Assembly: GCF_018977255.1 (NCBI RefSeq) | Contig: NW_024704742.1 | Coordinates: 44,208,001 to 44,272,000, forward strand | Direction: 5' to 3' | DNA: 64,000 bases | Source: Callorhinchus milii | Taxonomy: Eukaryota | In this document: positions 10,906 to 24,642 of the stretch, piece after piece | Layout: each line of letters opens with the position of its first letter | Numbering within the stretch: the first letter of the stretch is position 1 | Program-made: the position numbers and the translations under genes | The notes under the pieces: model-generated | The model's input: the letters and a program-made list of their open reading frames with translations, nothing else | The model's database searches: none | Told to the model about the DNA's origin: nothing

Positions 10906-12137
10906 AGGTCTCAAGTCTACAGTAACTATATACCGGGTTATTATTATTTTAATAAATTCAAATGTAAAATGTTTTATTAGGTAATATTCCTCTTTGTAAA
11001 CAAACTCAATGAATCTATCTCACAAAGTGTGACATTTTTGGGAAATCTTCTACTCGCCTCCTTTTGTGGTTTGTTACCTTCTAAAACAAGATACTTTTTA
11101 CTGATAAATGTGTGTTTATTTTCACAACTGCAATAAATATATATACATTGTATATATATCATTGCAAATCTTGTTATCTGGTTAAACTAGATCATGTGAT
11201 GATATTCGTGAATTTCCAGATAATAATAAATAATCCTTACGTTTGATATAGCGTGCCAGGAGGATGTCCCAGGGTGCTTCGCAGGATATATGGTGAAGTG
11301 GAGGGACTGTGTTTTGTGTGTGGGAAATGTGTAGTTCTCTCTTAAAATGCAAAATTTTCAAGACTGATGTTGGTGTTACAAAAAAGATGCAGATAAAGGG
11401 GATTGATCAGATGTAGCTGTATCTTCAACTCGCATCACGCATCAGTGGTGGAGTGACAATGGTAGACTGAGGAGGAAAGTATAATTGTGTTTCCTGGTGA
11501 CCACCCTAGTGGACTCATCTGACAGTTTTTGAATGATCCGAAACAAAATAAAACACAGCAGAGTAAGTGGTGTAGCTTCTACGTACAATGCAGTTCATAC
11601 TAATCGGACACTAAAAGTCCTTTTCAAAAATGAGTTTTATTTAATGTTCCAAATAGTGTATAGATATTCAGGTCCTGTCTGAAAATAACTTTTTGTGGCA
11701 GCAATATATTTAAATGGGGGCAGGGAGAAGTGTGTTTTTTTGACAATTACAGAGCCATTTCCCCGCACATCCCCACCACCACATAACAAGTGCCCCGAAA
11801 TGCTGTTTAGGGTTGGGCCCTTGGAAATGTGTGAGAACAAGACTTGGCGAACTACAAAAGTGCTTCATTGACCAGCATTGATTCAGTAGATAAGCAGCAG
11901 CTGACTTGTAACATTTGGGGACTGATGCTGCATTCTGAATCACAGTCAGTATCCCCAACCTTTGTCCTTTGTCACCTTATGTATAAATAGAATTATGTAA
12001 CTTGAATGTGGCCTGATGTTTCCCTTTCTGAATTGTTGAGGTGGAGGGAGACTAAAAGAGATTACTGCCTTCTGGATGTGTCAAGGTGTCGAAATTGTCC
12101 AAGTAATGAGTGACTTTTAATTTTAAAGGAAAAATGT

Positions 12138-12790
12138 TGTTTAGCTGTGGTCTCCTCTACGTTGGGGAGACAAAATGCAGATTGGGTGACTGATTTGCCG
12201 AACACCTCCATTCTCCACCAACACAACCCTGAGCTTCCGGTTTCTTGCCATTTCAACTCTCCCTCCCACTTTGACCTCTCCATCCATGGTCTCCTACACT
12301 GTTCCAATGAGCCATAGTGCAAGCTTGAGGAACAGCACCTCTTCATTTATCTGCTAGGGACCTTACAGCCCTCCGGCCTCAATATTGATTTCAGCAATTT
12401 CAGACCATAACAGCTCACCTCCCCGCCCCCTCTTCTGTGACCATTACCACATCATCTGGGTCCCAGACACACCTTTTCTCTCTCTGGTCCGCCTGTTATT
12501 TGCAATTTTTTCCCCCCCTTTGTTTTGCATCATTAACATCGCTTTAACCCATCATCTCCTGTCCTGTACCCCATTTTCTCCTTTGTCTTCCTTGCCCTGC
12601 CTCCCCCCTCTCTAGTAGCCCTTAAAAGCCCCTCCCTCCCAACGTGCCCCAGTTCTGACCAAGGGTCATGGCCCCGAAATGTTCACTCACTTTCCTTTCT
12701 CCATAGGTGCTGCTTGACCTGCTGAGTGTTCCCAGCGACTTCTGTTTTTGTTTCAGATTTCCAGCATCTGCAGTATTTTGCATTTTGTTT
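12138..12790 (+). mobile_element. Penelope-like element remnant (GIY-YIG endonuclease C-terminus and terminal region)
   Basis: Degenerate translation CGLLYVGETKCRLGD*FAEHL...LPVSCHFNSPSH...KLEEQHL...LGTLQPSGLNIDF. Terminal region TTCTGACCAAGGGTC...CCGAAA...GCTGAGT...CCAGCATCTGCAG. Confidence 0.85.
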
Positions 12791-15700
12791 AGGTCTTTGG
12801 TTCAGTGTCACCATGTCAGGAAACTGGCATCAAACCAGGGAAGAGTCCAGTTCAAACAGTTCCCTCATACTTTGTTGTGTATGTGATTGTGCTGTCAGTG
12901 GAATAATATCTCCTGTGAGATTTAGAGCTTCGAAGTTTTGGTAAAGCACCAAGACTTTGATGATTCATTCTGTAGATCCCTGCCAGCTGGAAGCTCTGTC
13001 ACCACAATCTCAATTTCTCCCGCACACCCCCCCCCCCCCCCCCCCTTCCATATGCTTCAATGCAGTCTCTGCTGACCACACTCTTGACCTAAACCTTGAA
13101 CCAAACTTGGTTGCCTGCTGAGTACAATTTCACTTCAAAACCTGCTGTCTTTAAAATTGATGGGAAGCAGTTCAGACGCTCAATGTAGTTAGCTGTTCCT
13201 CTGAATTTGTTGATAGCATCTCTGGGATCTTTAATACAGTTTGCTCAATTTTACATTGGATTTTATTTACCAATTGAGCATTTTGCCAATGTTTTTGTCA
13301 TTCTGTTACAGCTGAAGTAATGATATTATCTTTGCAATTCCTAAACTGTATCGGAATTATAAGTGTTCTAAGACATTTCATTGTATGTGACATGCACTTT
13401 TAGGACCTTCGTTTTACATGTAAGATGCTACATAAGTGCAAGCTTTTTGCAGGCGTTAAAAATCAGGCGTTAGTTACATTATTACATTCTGTCTGTTCAG
13501 GTGGATAGTAAGCGTTCGGCTCTGAAATGCTACCCACATGAAGGAAGCTATATTGGAGGTGCATGCATGTGGTGGTGGTAGTTGTTATTGTTAAAGGTCC
13601 CTTGATACTATTCAAAAAATGAAAAGAATTTATGCCAGTGTCCTCACCAACTAACTCTCAGAGATTGAAAAAAAATGGTCATTCACTTCATGGCTGTTTG
13701 TGGAACGATGGTGTGTGCAAATTGGCTGTTGTGGTTAGCTAAAAAATACACAGGCATTACACTTTATTATATGTCTTGGGAAGCACTTTGAGATGTCTTG
13801 CTGACGTGAAAAGAGCAATGTTGAATGTAATTCTTATTATTCCATTGTTGTTCCATTGTTATCTTTGTGCTTTTGTTGTGTGTTTGGTTCTCAAGAGAAA
13901 CAGTTAGTGTTTATTGTTAGTCCTGTTGACTGCAGGCTCGCATCTCAAAGTACTTCACAATGCTGTATTGTTTGTTAGATGGCGGGAGGACGGTGACTAC
14001 TGGATAGCAGCATTTGACAAGAGAAGTCTTAAATTGAACGATAGAGCTGTTATTTACGAAAATATAAATTGCTAGAAAAAAAGTTATACCAGGAAAGTAG
14101 CAAACAGCATGTCGTCAAAGAAGTCTTTTCAGTAATATTGTATCCTAACTGTTAATGAACTACATTGTACTCTTGAGATTCCCTTCCCACTCTGGAGGGG
14201 AGCTGAGAATCAGATGAGCAGTTCTTTGTTGTGCGAGAATAACTCCAGGATGTAGCAGCAGAACAAAGCTTAAGGAACCACTGTGAGACATCTAAACTTC
14301 TAATTTGTGATTTTTCGGAATCCATTCCTTTCAACTTCAAATCATTATACTGTTTTCATTGATTTAAACTAACAATTAATCTTGAATGATAATGCAAGGA
14401 AAGACAGATTTTCTTCCCTCCCTCTCTCCCCAACACAGTGTTTTTCTGCATGTTGGGAGTGCTTAAAAATGAGGAAGTTCTTTTTACTGCAGTTTGGTAG
14501 TAAAGGTCAGTCACCTCTGTTAGCCACACTTTATGTAATTAAGCGATGGCTTTATACAGAAGGAACAAAAGGCCCAGTGATTTCTTTGTAGTGGAATGGA
14601 ATAGAAACCAGTAAAACTTTCTTCAGCGATTTCTTGCACAAATGCTATCGACACATAAAGTATTGCCAAAGTACAAATGACTACTTTTGTTTTGTTAGGC
14701 CCTTCCAGTCTTTGTCATTCAATTTTCTTTGATTCAATTTAAATGTTCCTGTTTATCTGCTTTTGTTTTTCTGTCAGTGTTGAGGTGGTTTGTCTCAATT
14801 TGGTTCATTTCCATTGCTCCATTTCAGTTTCCTTTTTTAAACAATGCTCTGAGGTTCATTCAGTCCGGATCATGTTTATTTTTCAATTTTCATTTTGGTT
14901 GTTCTGTCATTTAATTAATGAGAACATATCAGACAACCCTCATGTACAAATACTATTAAAATAACTTTTTGTTAACGTCTGTTCAACCTTGTCAATGATG
15001 ACGCAGTTTAAGCGGTGGAGCTTTTGAAATGTGCTTGGACTGTGTTCATGTTAATATTCTGACGCATATCCTGGGCATTACAGATATTTACTTATATTTT
15101 GTCTTAAATAAACAGGTAACTCCTTTATTTGTTTCTCCCATCATACCAGTCAACCCTTTGATGACAATGGGATACAACATTTCCTCATATGCAGTGAATA
15201 GTTTTTACAGTATGATTGGCTATGAGTTCAGTTTCTCTTTGGGATACATGCACATATGTTTATCTGTGAGTGAATGTTAGGGGAAGAATTGTGCATTGCG
15301 ATGGCTGATAGAAATCTGCCAGGCAGGAAAGTCAATTTGTGATTAGATAAACCATTTCATGTCTTGAGAATTTGGTAAATAAAATGTTTTCAAGGGCCAT
15401 TTATTGTCATTAAAACAGACTGTTTCCTATTGTATGGATAACATTAAACTATTTAAGTTATACTTGTAATAAACCTTGCATTTGATTTAGTTTCATGTTG
15501 GGAGGCTGTCTCAAAGTGTGTCACAGGTTTTACTGTATAGTGTAGCATATATTATAGGCAAATTATAATTCAAGATGTCAATTTGCCACTGCTGTTATAA
15601 TAAATTCCTTCACAGCTCATAGCTGTTTTAACCAGCCAAAGTTATTTACCTGCTGTCTGATTTTAAAAAAATGATCCTTTGGTTCACGCAGTAAAAAAAA

Positions 15701-16119
15701 GTCAATAATTTTCAATAATCTGGCTAAAATTATATCTCCTGTGCTGATGCCAGTCTTATTTAAAACCTAGATATAGATTTTATTTCATGCCTGAATGTGG
15801 ATTCTCCGTTTTTATGCATGGGTTTAAACTGACTCAACGTGTATTATGTAGACCAGAGTACTGCATAAGTAGTTGAAGTTGTTTTGCATGTAGTATATTA
15901 TTAATTAAAGCCTGCCATGTTTTATTCCAGCTAAAGATGTAAATTGTATTTCTTAGACATGGCATGTCTCCTGGTGTTTGCAAAGTAGTCCAGTTGAACT
16001 CTCAAAGCAAAATGAGGCTGAGCCTCGTAGTATATTTGTGGAATTTGTTAACCGCTGAACGAACCGGTAAAGTTGCATATTATCACGAATTACAATGGAA
16101 CCCACATTTGTACTCACCA

Positions 16120-16400
16120 ATTTTCATCCCACCCTCTTGTCACCTGAAGTACTTTCTTTAACTTTTCCCTTTAGGGAGGGTAAAATTACATGGGTGCAGT
16201 TGCCTTCGTGACTATTGTTCATGTGAGTGATTGTTGATGGGTTAATGGATTATTACAGCCAAGCCCGGACGTGGGCAAATTTACAGAGGAGAATGAGAAC
16301 CTGTAGATTGTAATCAGGATCCTGCCTCATTTTCCCCTCCCTAAATCCAGGGCACTAAGGTCAATTGCAGTTCCCTTTGTATATCCGGCTTAGTGGGAGT
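16120..16400 (-). mobile_element. Ancient tRNA-SINE, AmnSINE2-like (name from recall)
   Basis: ATCAGG...TTTTCCCCTCCCTAAATCCAGGGCACTAAGGTCAATTG, shared with 37085-37390, 42290-42655 and 19670-19706. Confidence 0.45.
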
Positions 16401-16920
16401 TAAATAGGTTCTCTTTGGAGCTGAACTGGCTCCCAAGGTGACATGCTTGGCAACGGAATGTCAGAATTTGGTCAATCCTCGGGTAGTCTTGTTCGTCCAG
16501 TTCCTAAGCAGTATTTCAGGCCAGCCAGCCTGGATCATCGGCAGGACTTTGAGGGGCAGACCAGTCACTGGGGGCGGGTATTCTTTGCCAAAGCCCTAAT
16601 TGGAAGGGTGGACCCAGTTGGACAAGCAGTGGGAAAGCTTGCCAGGCAGTGCTTTCAGTGACAAGCTGTGCAGTTTTAGATGGTTAAATTGCAGCCCCAA
16701 CTCTGAGGTCCCCAACTCTGAGGTCCCCGAGCTTTGGCTCTTGCCAATCTGTACCTAATTCTCTCTGGAATTAGGATGTGTGGTGTGTCCCTCTGGGGAG
16801 GGAGAGTGCATTCCAGACAAGGACATTTCCATGTATAGGTGGTATACTTGGAACTCTCAATCTGGTTTGGATACTCTAAGCATGGTGACAGGTTTCCACG
16901 TGGAAACCAGCCAGTCTACA
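16400..16920 (-). repeat. Unclassified interspersed repeat, copy 1
   Basis: Reverse complement aligns with 29270-29860 and 51585-52130 (CTGGCAAGCTTTCCCACTGCTTGTCCA, CCCAGTGACTGGTCTGCC). Confidence 0.75.
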
Positions 16921-17524
16921 TATAACAAATTGGGCTACTGTGTGTATGTATACAATGCAACCGGCTATTGTACCTCACGATAGAGTGGGTCTGCTCTTTA
17001 TGGATTCCAACAACTGGGTTATAATTAGGTTCCACTGTATATGTATGGCTTAGGTGGTATCTATGTTGGGTATGTGGGGCTGCGGTTTGCTGTTTTCATT
17101 ATTAGGCCAGGTGTAGAGAACAAATCTTAAAGAACGTGCCTTGATTTTAATGTTCAGAGAGTCTTTGTTTTTCTTGGACTGGGTTACCTTCTATAGTGCC
17201 TCACAAAGTGCTGGTGGGGTGTGGCGGTTACATGAATGGTTCTAAATGTTTATATGATTTGCCAGTCCAGTTCACCAAAGATATCTTTAGTGAACTGCAG
17301 TGCAATTGGGTACATCAGGAAGATGTGTTGGATTGTGCCATTATCACCTACATCGTCTCCAGAAATTTTCCAGGACTTCAGGATGTATGAGCTAAGCGAG
17401 GTTTCTCTGGTATTCAACAAACTCCAAGGACATACGTGGTGAAGCCAGGAAGAATTACAATTGGTGAAGGCACAGTTTCAAGTATAGACCTTTGATAAAC
17501 ACTATGGGCAAACGAGTTCTATGT

Positions 17525-17783
17525 GTGGAGTGGTTCTGGCTGTCCATTCTCTCCAGGCCTTATCTCTCGTGTGCTCCGTTCCACCATCAGTGGCTCCCGA
17601 AACTCTGGAACACCCCCTCAATCCCTCCTTCTGCATCTTTAGATCACACCTAAAGACTTCTTCTTCGTCCTTCCTGTTCATCTCCCCCCCCACCTCCGGC
17701 TCAGCGTTGTGCTCTGCCTCTGTCGAGAGCTCTAGATGCTATCCTGCGTGAGGGGCACTATGTACATGCAAGTTGTTGTTGTT
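17525..17783 (+). mobile_element. Old L2 3' end
   Basis: CTCTGGAAC...CACCTAAAGAC and tail GCGTGAGGGGCACTATGTACATGCAAGTTGTTGTTGTT. Confidence 0.7.
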
Positions 17784-19039
17784 GGCCTTGCAAAGATTTC
17801 CAAAAAATTTACAGCACAGTAACTGGCCACTTGGAACCAATCTGTGCCTGTGCCATTTATTTTTACTTTCCAATTAATAGCATTCCACAGTCTGTAAATG
17901 GTACAGTAATCCGTATTCAGATTTACTTTGTTTTTATATAATTTTTTTCCTGTGTCTTTTTTGTTTAGTTTTGTTTAATGAGTTGGTGAACACTAACTTC
18001 AGAACCTCTGATACAGCATTAAATGAGTGCAAGCTGATGCAAACTCAACCTTTTTATGGAGTGTTAATTGTGAAAAGGTTTTTTTCTTTCTTGCTGGATT
18101 TGTACTTTGTCTGCCTCTCACTCACCCCTAATGTCAGGCAGGTTTTCCTACTCCACACAAACGCCTCTGTTTCCCTAGCCGTAAATAGGATCCCAGTTGT
18201 TAGCCAATTGGCGGTCGTTTTCCAGGGATAATAATCCCTTCAAAACAACAATTTGGTCACTCAATCCACAACTGTTTGTGGGACGTTGCTGTGTGCAATT
18301 GACTGCTGTGTTTTATCCACAAAACACAGTCATTACAATTTACAGTATATTCTGTGAAGCACTTTGAGACGTCTCAACGACTTGATAAGGCGCTATATCA
18401 AATACAAGGATTATTATTATTAGTTGAAAATCGGACATTCACATGTTAAAGATGAATCTCCTGGCAGAATGTGGACAGCTCAGCCTGATTATCCCACAAA
18501 TTGTGTGATTTGCACATGTTCTCCTGCAATATGCTTAGTTACACTAACCGTAAGCTCCAGCTGGTCAGAGGTTAAAGTCACAGCGTCAGAGACACACCTG
18601 ATTCGTTTTTTCTCTTAAATTTAAATGGTATAAGTTCACATTTAAATTAATGCCATTATTACTTTACTGTAAAGTGTGGTGACTATATTTATAAGTGACC
18701 ATGGTAATTTACACATAACCATGATCCACAAACAATCAAGCAATGAATGACCGTCCTATCTGCAGGATTGTTGCCCAGGACACGGGGAGAAACCCCTTTT
18801 TTGAATAGTGCCACAGGATCTTTAAACATCCATCAGCAATATTAATTTTGAAGTGTAATTGCAGTGGGTGCAGATTTCTCTGGGTCTTCTCAGTGAGGGC
18901 TGTTCAAGGTTTTTAGACCATCCCTTGGACACCATTGGAAATTTGAAGTGTTTTGATATTGCTTGATAAGTGAGCTGGTGAACACGAGGGAAGGTGATCG
19001 ATTTTCTGTGTTTGAGAAAATGGGAGAAAGCAGCATTTT

Positions 19040-19135
19040 GTTCTGATGAAAGGTCATCCCGAAACATTAACTCACTTTCCTCTCTCCATAGATGCTGCCT
19101 GACTGCTGAGTGTACCCAGCGACTTCTGTTTTTAT
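19040..19135 (+). mobile_element. Penelope-like terminal fragment
   Basis: Matches 12652-12750. Confidence 0.75.
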
Positions 19136-20499
19136 GTCAAATCTTGTTCTACTCAGTATTAGCTGTAAAATGATCTGTAAACAAAACCATTTAAATATCG
19201 AGGTGTGCTATTAGCTGGTGGCGCTTTGAAAATGAGACCTCTGAGAATGAATGTTTCACAATACAGAGGCGTTTAAAATAGTAGCAGTCTTCTGCTACAC
19301 TGTTATGTCGAATCAGTTGCTCTGTATTTGGGCTGGACACGATGAAAATATGTGGTCGTCTGTTTGTGCTGTTAGTTGATATTTACAGGTGTAAAGTCTC
19401 TTAAAAGATTTGAGGAGCTCTCCCCCCCCCCCCCCTTTCCATGTGGTTCATTTGGTAAAACTACCTTCTAGGGTGGAACTAAACTGTGTACACACATATT
19501 TCTAATGTATTCCTTAGCTGAACTCACATGGCTATGTCTTTGGTCAGTACCCTGAAACTTCTTTTCCTCCCTTTTGGTCATCCCCATTGTCTTTGTGAAG
19601 TATTTTGGACCATTCATCCTATCTAAAAGGCTTAAATACAGGTAGTTACTGTGGTACTGGGATACTGTACTCGGCCTTGGTGCCCCTGGCTAGGGAGGGA
19701 AATCATTTGTTTGCTGAATGATTCATACCGAATAAGATGTAAATTTCTTGTGTTTACACAAGTAGCTGATTGCAAACCTACAGGATACATGTGACAGGCC
19801 ATTCTGGAAGAACGCTGGATTGTGTATTATTGTGAACATGTGTAGACTCAATAATGCGATCAGACAAAACCTGCTTCCAGTCTTTTCTTTACTGAGTCCA
19901 GAATATACACTTTGGTCCTGTGTACAGAACGTCAAATGCTACCAATATCCATTTTACTTTTAGTGGCCTGGAGAAAATGTCTAATTGATTATCACGAATC
20001 GTGTGTCAACATGTAGTTTTACTTTAAAAAAGAAAATAACATCGCTTAGTTATATAATTCAAGGGGCAATAGATCATGTGAATTGTACAGTTCTTGTAAA
20101 TTCAAAGGATTGTGCCATTGTTACCTACACTTAGCGTGAGCCATTCTCTGATATTCAGGAATGTTTATTTAATAGTGGTTTAGCTTGTGCCTCGTACAAA
20201 AAGCAGTGCTCCAATTGAGTGATGGTTACACCAGTCGGATGTGTGGACTTGAGCACAGCTTCTCACCTCTCTGCAAACCATTGAGATAGCATATGAATGT
20301 CATACTTTGTGTATCTCCTGCTTTGGATTTTCGAAGTTTCCTAGGTGAAGTGAAACCAATGATACTATTTGATTGCATGTAAATTGTCACACAAAAGCCC
20401 AATACAAAAAAGTTAGAAATCCTGTATACACAAACTCAGTGGAGCCTTTACCTGATTAAGAATAATAATTAATAGCAATCAAGATCAAACAAAATATGG

Positions 20500-21685
20500 G
20501 TTCCATTGAAAAGAAATAGAAAGTAGCTCATCTGAACCAACAAAAATGGCACATCGAATAAAAATTGTCCTATTTTAAAAAAAATCTTGTAGGTAGAATG
20601 AATTGGAGAACAAAATCATGTATAACAACAACGCATTTATATAGCGCCCTTCATGCGGGTAGAGTGTCAGAGCACCTGTCAATTTCCAAGAAAAATGAAA
20701 GAACAGGTCTGAGATATGAAGCAAAGCTACAATCGGTTGACAACACAAGACAAAGCTGCTATTACCCATTATTATGAAAATAATAATAATAATCCTTGCA
20801 TTTGATATAGCGCTTTTCACTTCGGGAGGACGTCCCAAAGCGCTTCACAGAACACAGTAAAGTGAATTGACAGTATATTTGTGGGCGAACGCGGCAGCCA
20901 ATTGCGCATAGCAATGTCCCACAAACAGTCGTAGATTGAAAATGACCAATTTATTATTGTTTTTGGTTTTGGAGGGATTATTATTAGGCGTGTGGAGTAA
21001 GGAAACTTGCCCAAGGTTTCGCCCTGCCTGGAATTGAACTCAGGTCTCTCACTTGCAAAGCGAGTGCTCTAACCACTGAGCTACAGGACTCCACAAATAA
21101 GATCTTAAAGAGAGACATTGATCCATCAACATACCATTAGGCACCAGAAACAAACAAACCATATATTGTCATCATGTCCTGCCCAAATACATAGTACTTT
21201 ATTCGACATAACAATGTAGCTAAATCTATTCCACTGGACAATTTGTAAACACTTTGATATTGATGTAAAGACCAACTGGTATGAACATCAATCAGCAAGA
21301 TTGACATTAAAAATATCAATAATATCACAATAATCAGGGACTCAGAGTACATAGAGAAATAATAGTAATCTGTAACAAACTAGATATCATTAAAAAAAAC
21401 TAGATTGTACATGTATTATTGATGTGGCTATCCCAAGTGATTTCAACATAAGAAATAAGGAACTAGAGAAGATCAGGAAATATATTGATCTACAAATTGA
21501 ATGCTATCCCATGTGGCAGTATAAAACAAGCATTGTTCCTATAATCACCAGTGCAGCTGGAATTGTTAATGAGACTATTCAGAAATGTCTTGTCAAAACA
21601 GCCGGTGAACAAAAATATCAACCTCCTGCAGAAAGTAGTTATTTTAGGAAGTTCAAGCATACTGAGAAAAGCAATATCCTTGTAA
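20500..21685 (+). mobile_element. Decayed RLE-type non-LTR retrotransposon (R4/Dong-like) ORF C-terminus, interrupted by a SINE
   Basis: Across frameshifts: SSCP...RHNNVAKSI, N.LDII...CIIDVAIPSDFNIRNKELEKIRKYIDLQIE..MW..KT.IVPII, and LQKVVILGSSSILRK. This fits a zinc-knuckle remnant plus a restriction-like endonuclease. 5' limit uncertain. Confidence 0.75.
20779..21093 (-). mobile_element. Young tRNA-Ala SINE, full length
   Basis: Family match end to end. Confidence 0.93.
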
Positions 21686-21849
21686 CTTCATATGTAATGC
21701 GGCACTGTTCATTTCCCTTGGAGCTAAAGGGAGTCAACCACCCCCGCCCGCACATACGTGCCCACTGAGGATAGTCACTAGTTGGTCATTTGACATCTGA
21801 CAAGTGCAAATTTGAGCCCTCACTAACTGAATGGTAAGTATCAGGAACT

Positions 21850-22405
21850 CCCTGCAAGCCACACCACTTCCTGGTGGGCAACGAAGCTCAGCATTGCCAC
21901 CATCTTCCTGCCCACAGCTTGAACACGTGTGCCTTCCAATTGAGTGATGGTTTCACCAGTCGGATGTGTGGACTTGAGCACAGCTTCTCACCTCTCTGCA
22001 AACCACTGAAAGTAAATTCCAAGTGCTGGATCTCCGAACACTTGTTCATGAACTCCAACACCAGGTAACACCTTCCAAGCAGCTGTCGCCCCAAATCTCA
22101 GAGAAATCTGCCTTCAGCATAGTGGGATCAATCAGCCATCTTGGTGTTCTTGAGTTCTAAGTCCAATGCTGCATAACAGGCTTATTCAGCACCAGCTGCT
22201 TAATCCAGGTCCTCTGTGAAGCCAACTTTGCCTAAAGGGTACTTAGTGACAGGTCAGTGCAGACCGGAGCCCTCTCTCGCTTCCTACAGCTGCTTCCCAT
22301 TTGCCGCAAATCCACTTCACTGCTCGATCCTGGACGTTGCAGATGGGTTAGAGGAAGCCTCTCCACTGCATCCCCAGAAGCTCCAAACAATTAACGTCCC
22401 ATCCA
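21850..22405 (-). mobile_element. Old LINE remnant, possibly RTE-like
   Basis: Reverse complement aligns with 57845-58170: ELLGMQWRGFL*PICNVQDRAVKWICGK vs ELLGMDWRGFLQHICKVQNQIVRWICDK. Confidence 0.5.
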
Positions 22406-22795
22406 CAGGACAATTCCGCAGCATTGCATTGCAATATCAACTTAGACTATATGAGTTCCATGTCCAGACGTGAGGCTTGAACCCACAACATCTTGACTCA
22501 GAGTTGACAGTGCTACCAACTGAGCCAGTCTGATTGTTCACTTTTTAAATGGAAATAGTGGAAACTAGGAGCTATCGTTGAATATTAGGCAATTTTACTC
22601 TTGGCTTATTTTCTGCTTCTACTATTTAGCTAGAGACTGATCAGGTAAAGGCTTCTCCAGGTTCCTTTTAGGTTATTCAAGGAATATTATAATTCTATTT
22701 ATTATGATCCAAAACTTTGATTTGCTTGAATGTTACTGTTTCATTGAGATGGAAAACGTTAGCAGATTTATTGAGAAATAAATTCTATTTTGTTG

Positions 22796-23142
22796 TCAGA
22801 AGAGATGCTAATGAGGGGACCTAATAGAGGTGTTCAAAATTATAAAAGGATTCGATGATCCCATTTGTTGGGGAGTCCATAACTGGAGTATGTGATAGCG
22901 ACCAGGGAATCTAAAAGAGGATTTAAGGGAAACCACTAATAAGGATGGGAACTCACTGCCTGAGACAGAGGTTGAAGCAGATGGTATCGAAGTATTTAAG
23001 AGGAAGGCAGATACACACATAAAGGAGAAAGGAATATAAGAGTACGGGAGGGAGTAAGGAATGGGTGGAGATCTGTAAAGTATATACAGTGGCACAGACC
23101 AGTTGGGGTGAATGGCCTGTTTGTGTGCTGTACGTACTATTT
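22796..23142 (+). mobile_element. CR1 LINE 3' end
   Basis: GDLIEVFKIIKGFD motif and tail GAATGGCCTGTTTGTGTGCTGT. Confidence 0.85.
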
Positions 23143-23904
23143 AATGATGTAAATACACGATGTAAAAGTCTTTTAAATCAGCTTCATCTCTGACTCAAAA
23201 TGTGAATATTATTATCCCTCACATTTGTAGGCATTAACTGCCTGGTATTTAAGAAATGTATCCGGTAAATCGGTCACCACTTGAATAGAAGTTGTAATGG
23301 TAACAATTCACACTAAAATATCACTGTGTGGGAGAGGAATGACACTGTTATGACCTCGTTAAACCAGTTGATGGTAAAGCTGGGTCAAGCTGTTGTTTCC
23401 AAAATCAAAAGCCAAATCTTCTTCGCTGAAACTCGTCAGCTTTACTCCTGTGGCTGAAGAAATGGTTGTTTTTTTATTCCATAAAAGGCCTTGGTTCAAT
23501 AGTGTTGTCATATTACAAATGACAAGTTTAAAATTTGCTTTAATTTTCAACTGAGCTCCTTCTAATAATAGCATAGTTTAAAGTAAGTTTGAATGATTCA
23601 TGTAAATGTACCTCATCCAAATTGTAGGCAGCAAATATTTTAAATTCTGAAACACAAAGCAATCCATTTTAATGTCCAAAGGGTTTGAGTCTGGAATATA
23701 CACACGTCCTGTCAGTTTTATTGCATTATTTGTGTTGTTTATATAGGTCTTAATAATCTAAACTCCTTGGATGAATTTACTGGGCCAGGTAAACAAAACA
23801 AAAAGCATTACAGCTTTACTAGGTTTATTCTTGTAAATGTTCTGTCTTTTAATTGGCTGGAAAACTGTCCTTAAAAATGTTTTAAGCCGAAGACTTATTT
23901 TTCA

Positions 23905-24217
23905 AATAATTAGCTTTACATTTGGTATAGTGCCTTTCACGTCAGGGGCATGTCTTATATCCTCACAAGATATACTGTAAAGTGTAGTGACTGTGTATTT
24001 TGTAGGTGAATGCAGCAGCCAAATTCTGCACAGCAATGTCTGATGGACAGCTATGAAGTGAATGACCAATTTTATGCGGGGATTGTTATCCAAGTACTGG
24101 GAGAAACTTTGTTCTTTTTCTGAATAGTGCCATGGGATCTTTAATGTCACCTGAACATTCAGCCGGGATCTTGGTTTAACGTCTCATCCAATGGATGGCA
24201 TCTCTGACAATGCAGCC
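23905..24217 (-). mobile_element. Deu-domain SINE (SacSINE1/AmnSINE1-like), head missing
   Basis: AATAGTGCCATGGGATCTTTAA...CACCTGAAC...GTTTAACGTCTCATCC. Confidence 0.75.
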
Positions 24218-24223
24218 TAGTAC

Positions 24224-24642
24224 TTCAAGATCCTCGAATTTAAGATCCTCATCCTCACCTACAAGGGCATTCACGGCCTTGCTCCCTCCTACCTCTCCGA
24301 CCTACTTATCTGCCCGTACCCTCCGTTCCTCTGGCTCCGGTCTGCTCCACATCCCCCGCCCTAACCGCCCTACCATCGGCGGCCGGGCCTTCAGCCTCTC
24401 AGCCCCTAGGCTCTGGAACTCCATCCCCCAGTGCCTTCGCTGCCTCCTCCCTTTCCTCCTTCAAGGCCGGTCTCAAGACCTTTCTCTTCAACCGTGCCTT
24501 CAGCTCCCCTCCTTGCTCCCTCCCTCCCCTTACCCTGACGAGTCAGTTCCTCCCTGCTTGGGTCCCGACCCAACTGTCCAGCGCCTTGGGACGTCCTCCT
24601 GATGTGAAAGGCGCTCTATAAATGCAATCTTGTTGTTGTTGT
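24224..24642 (+). mobile_element. Young L2 3' end (~420 bp)
   Basis: EFKILILTYK.IHGLAPSYLSD...RTLRSSGSGLLHIPR...GGRAFSLSAPRLWNSIP, followed by the tail and (GTT)n. Confidence 0.9.

Noticed and set aside
13027..13045. Poly-C runs (also ~19421-19435) and a single N at 57553
   Set aside because: Homopolymers or sequencing ambiguity with no further structure.
17196..17442. Overlapping short ORFs around the palindrome
   Set aside because: No recognisable domain or convincing splice context.
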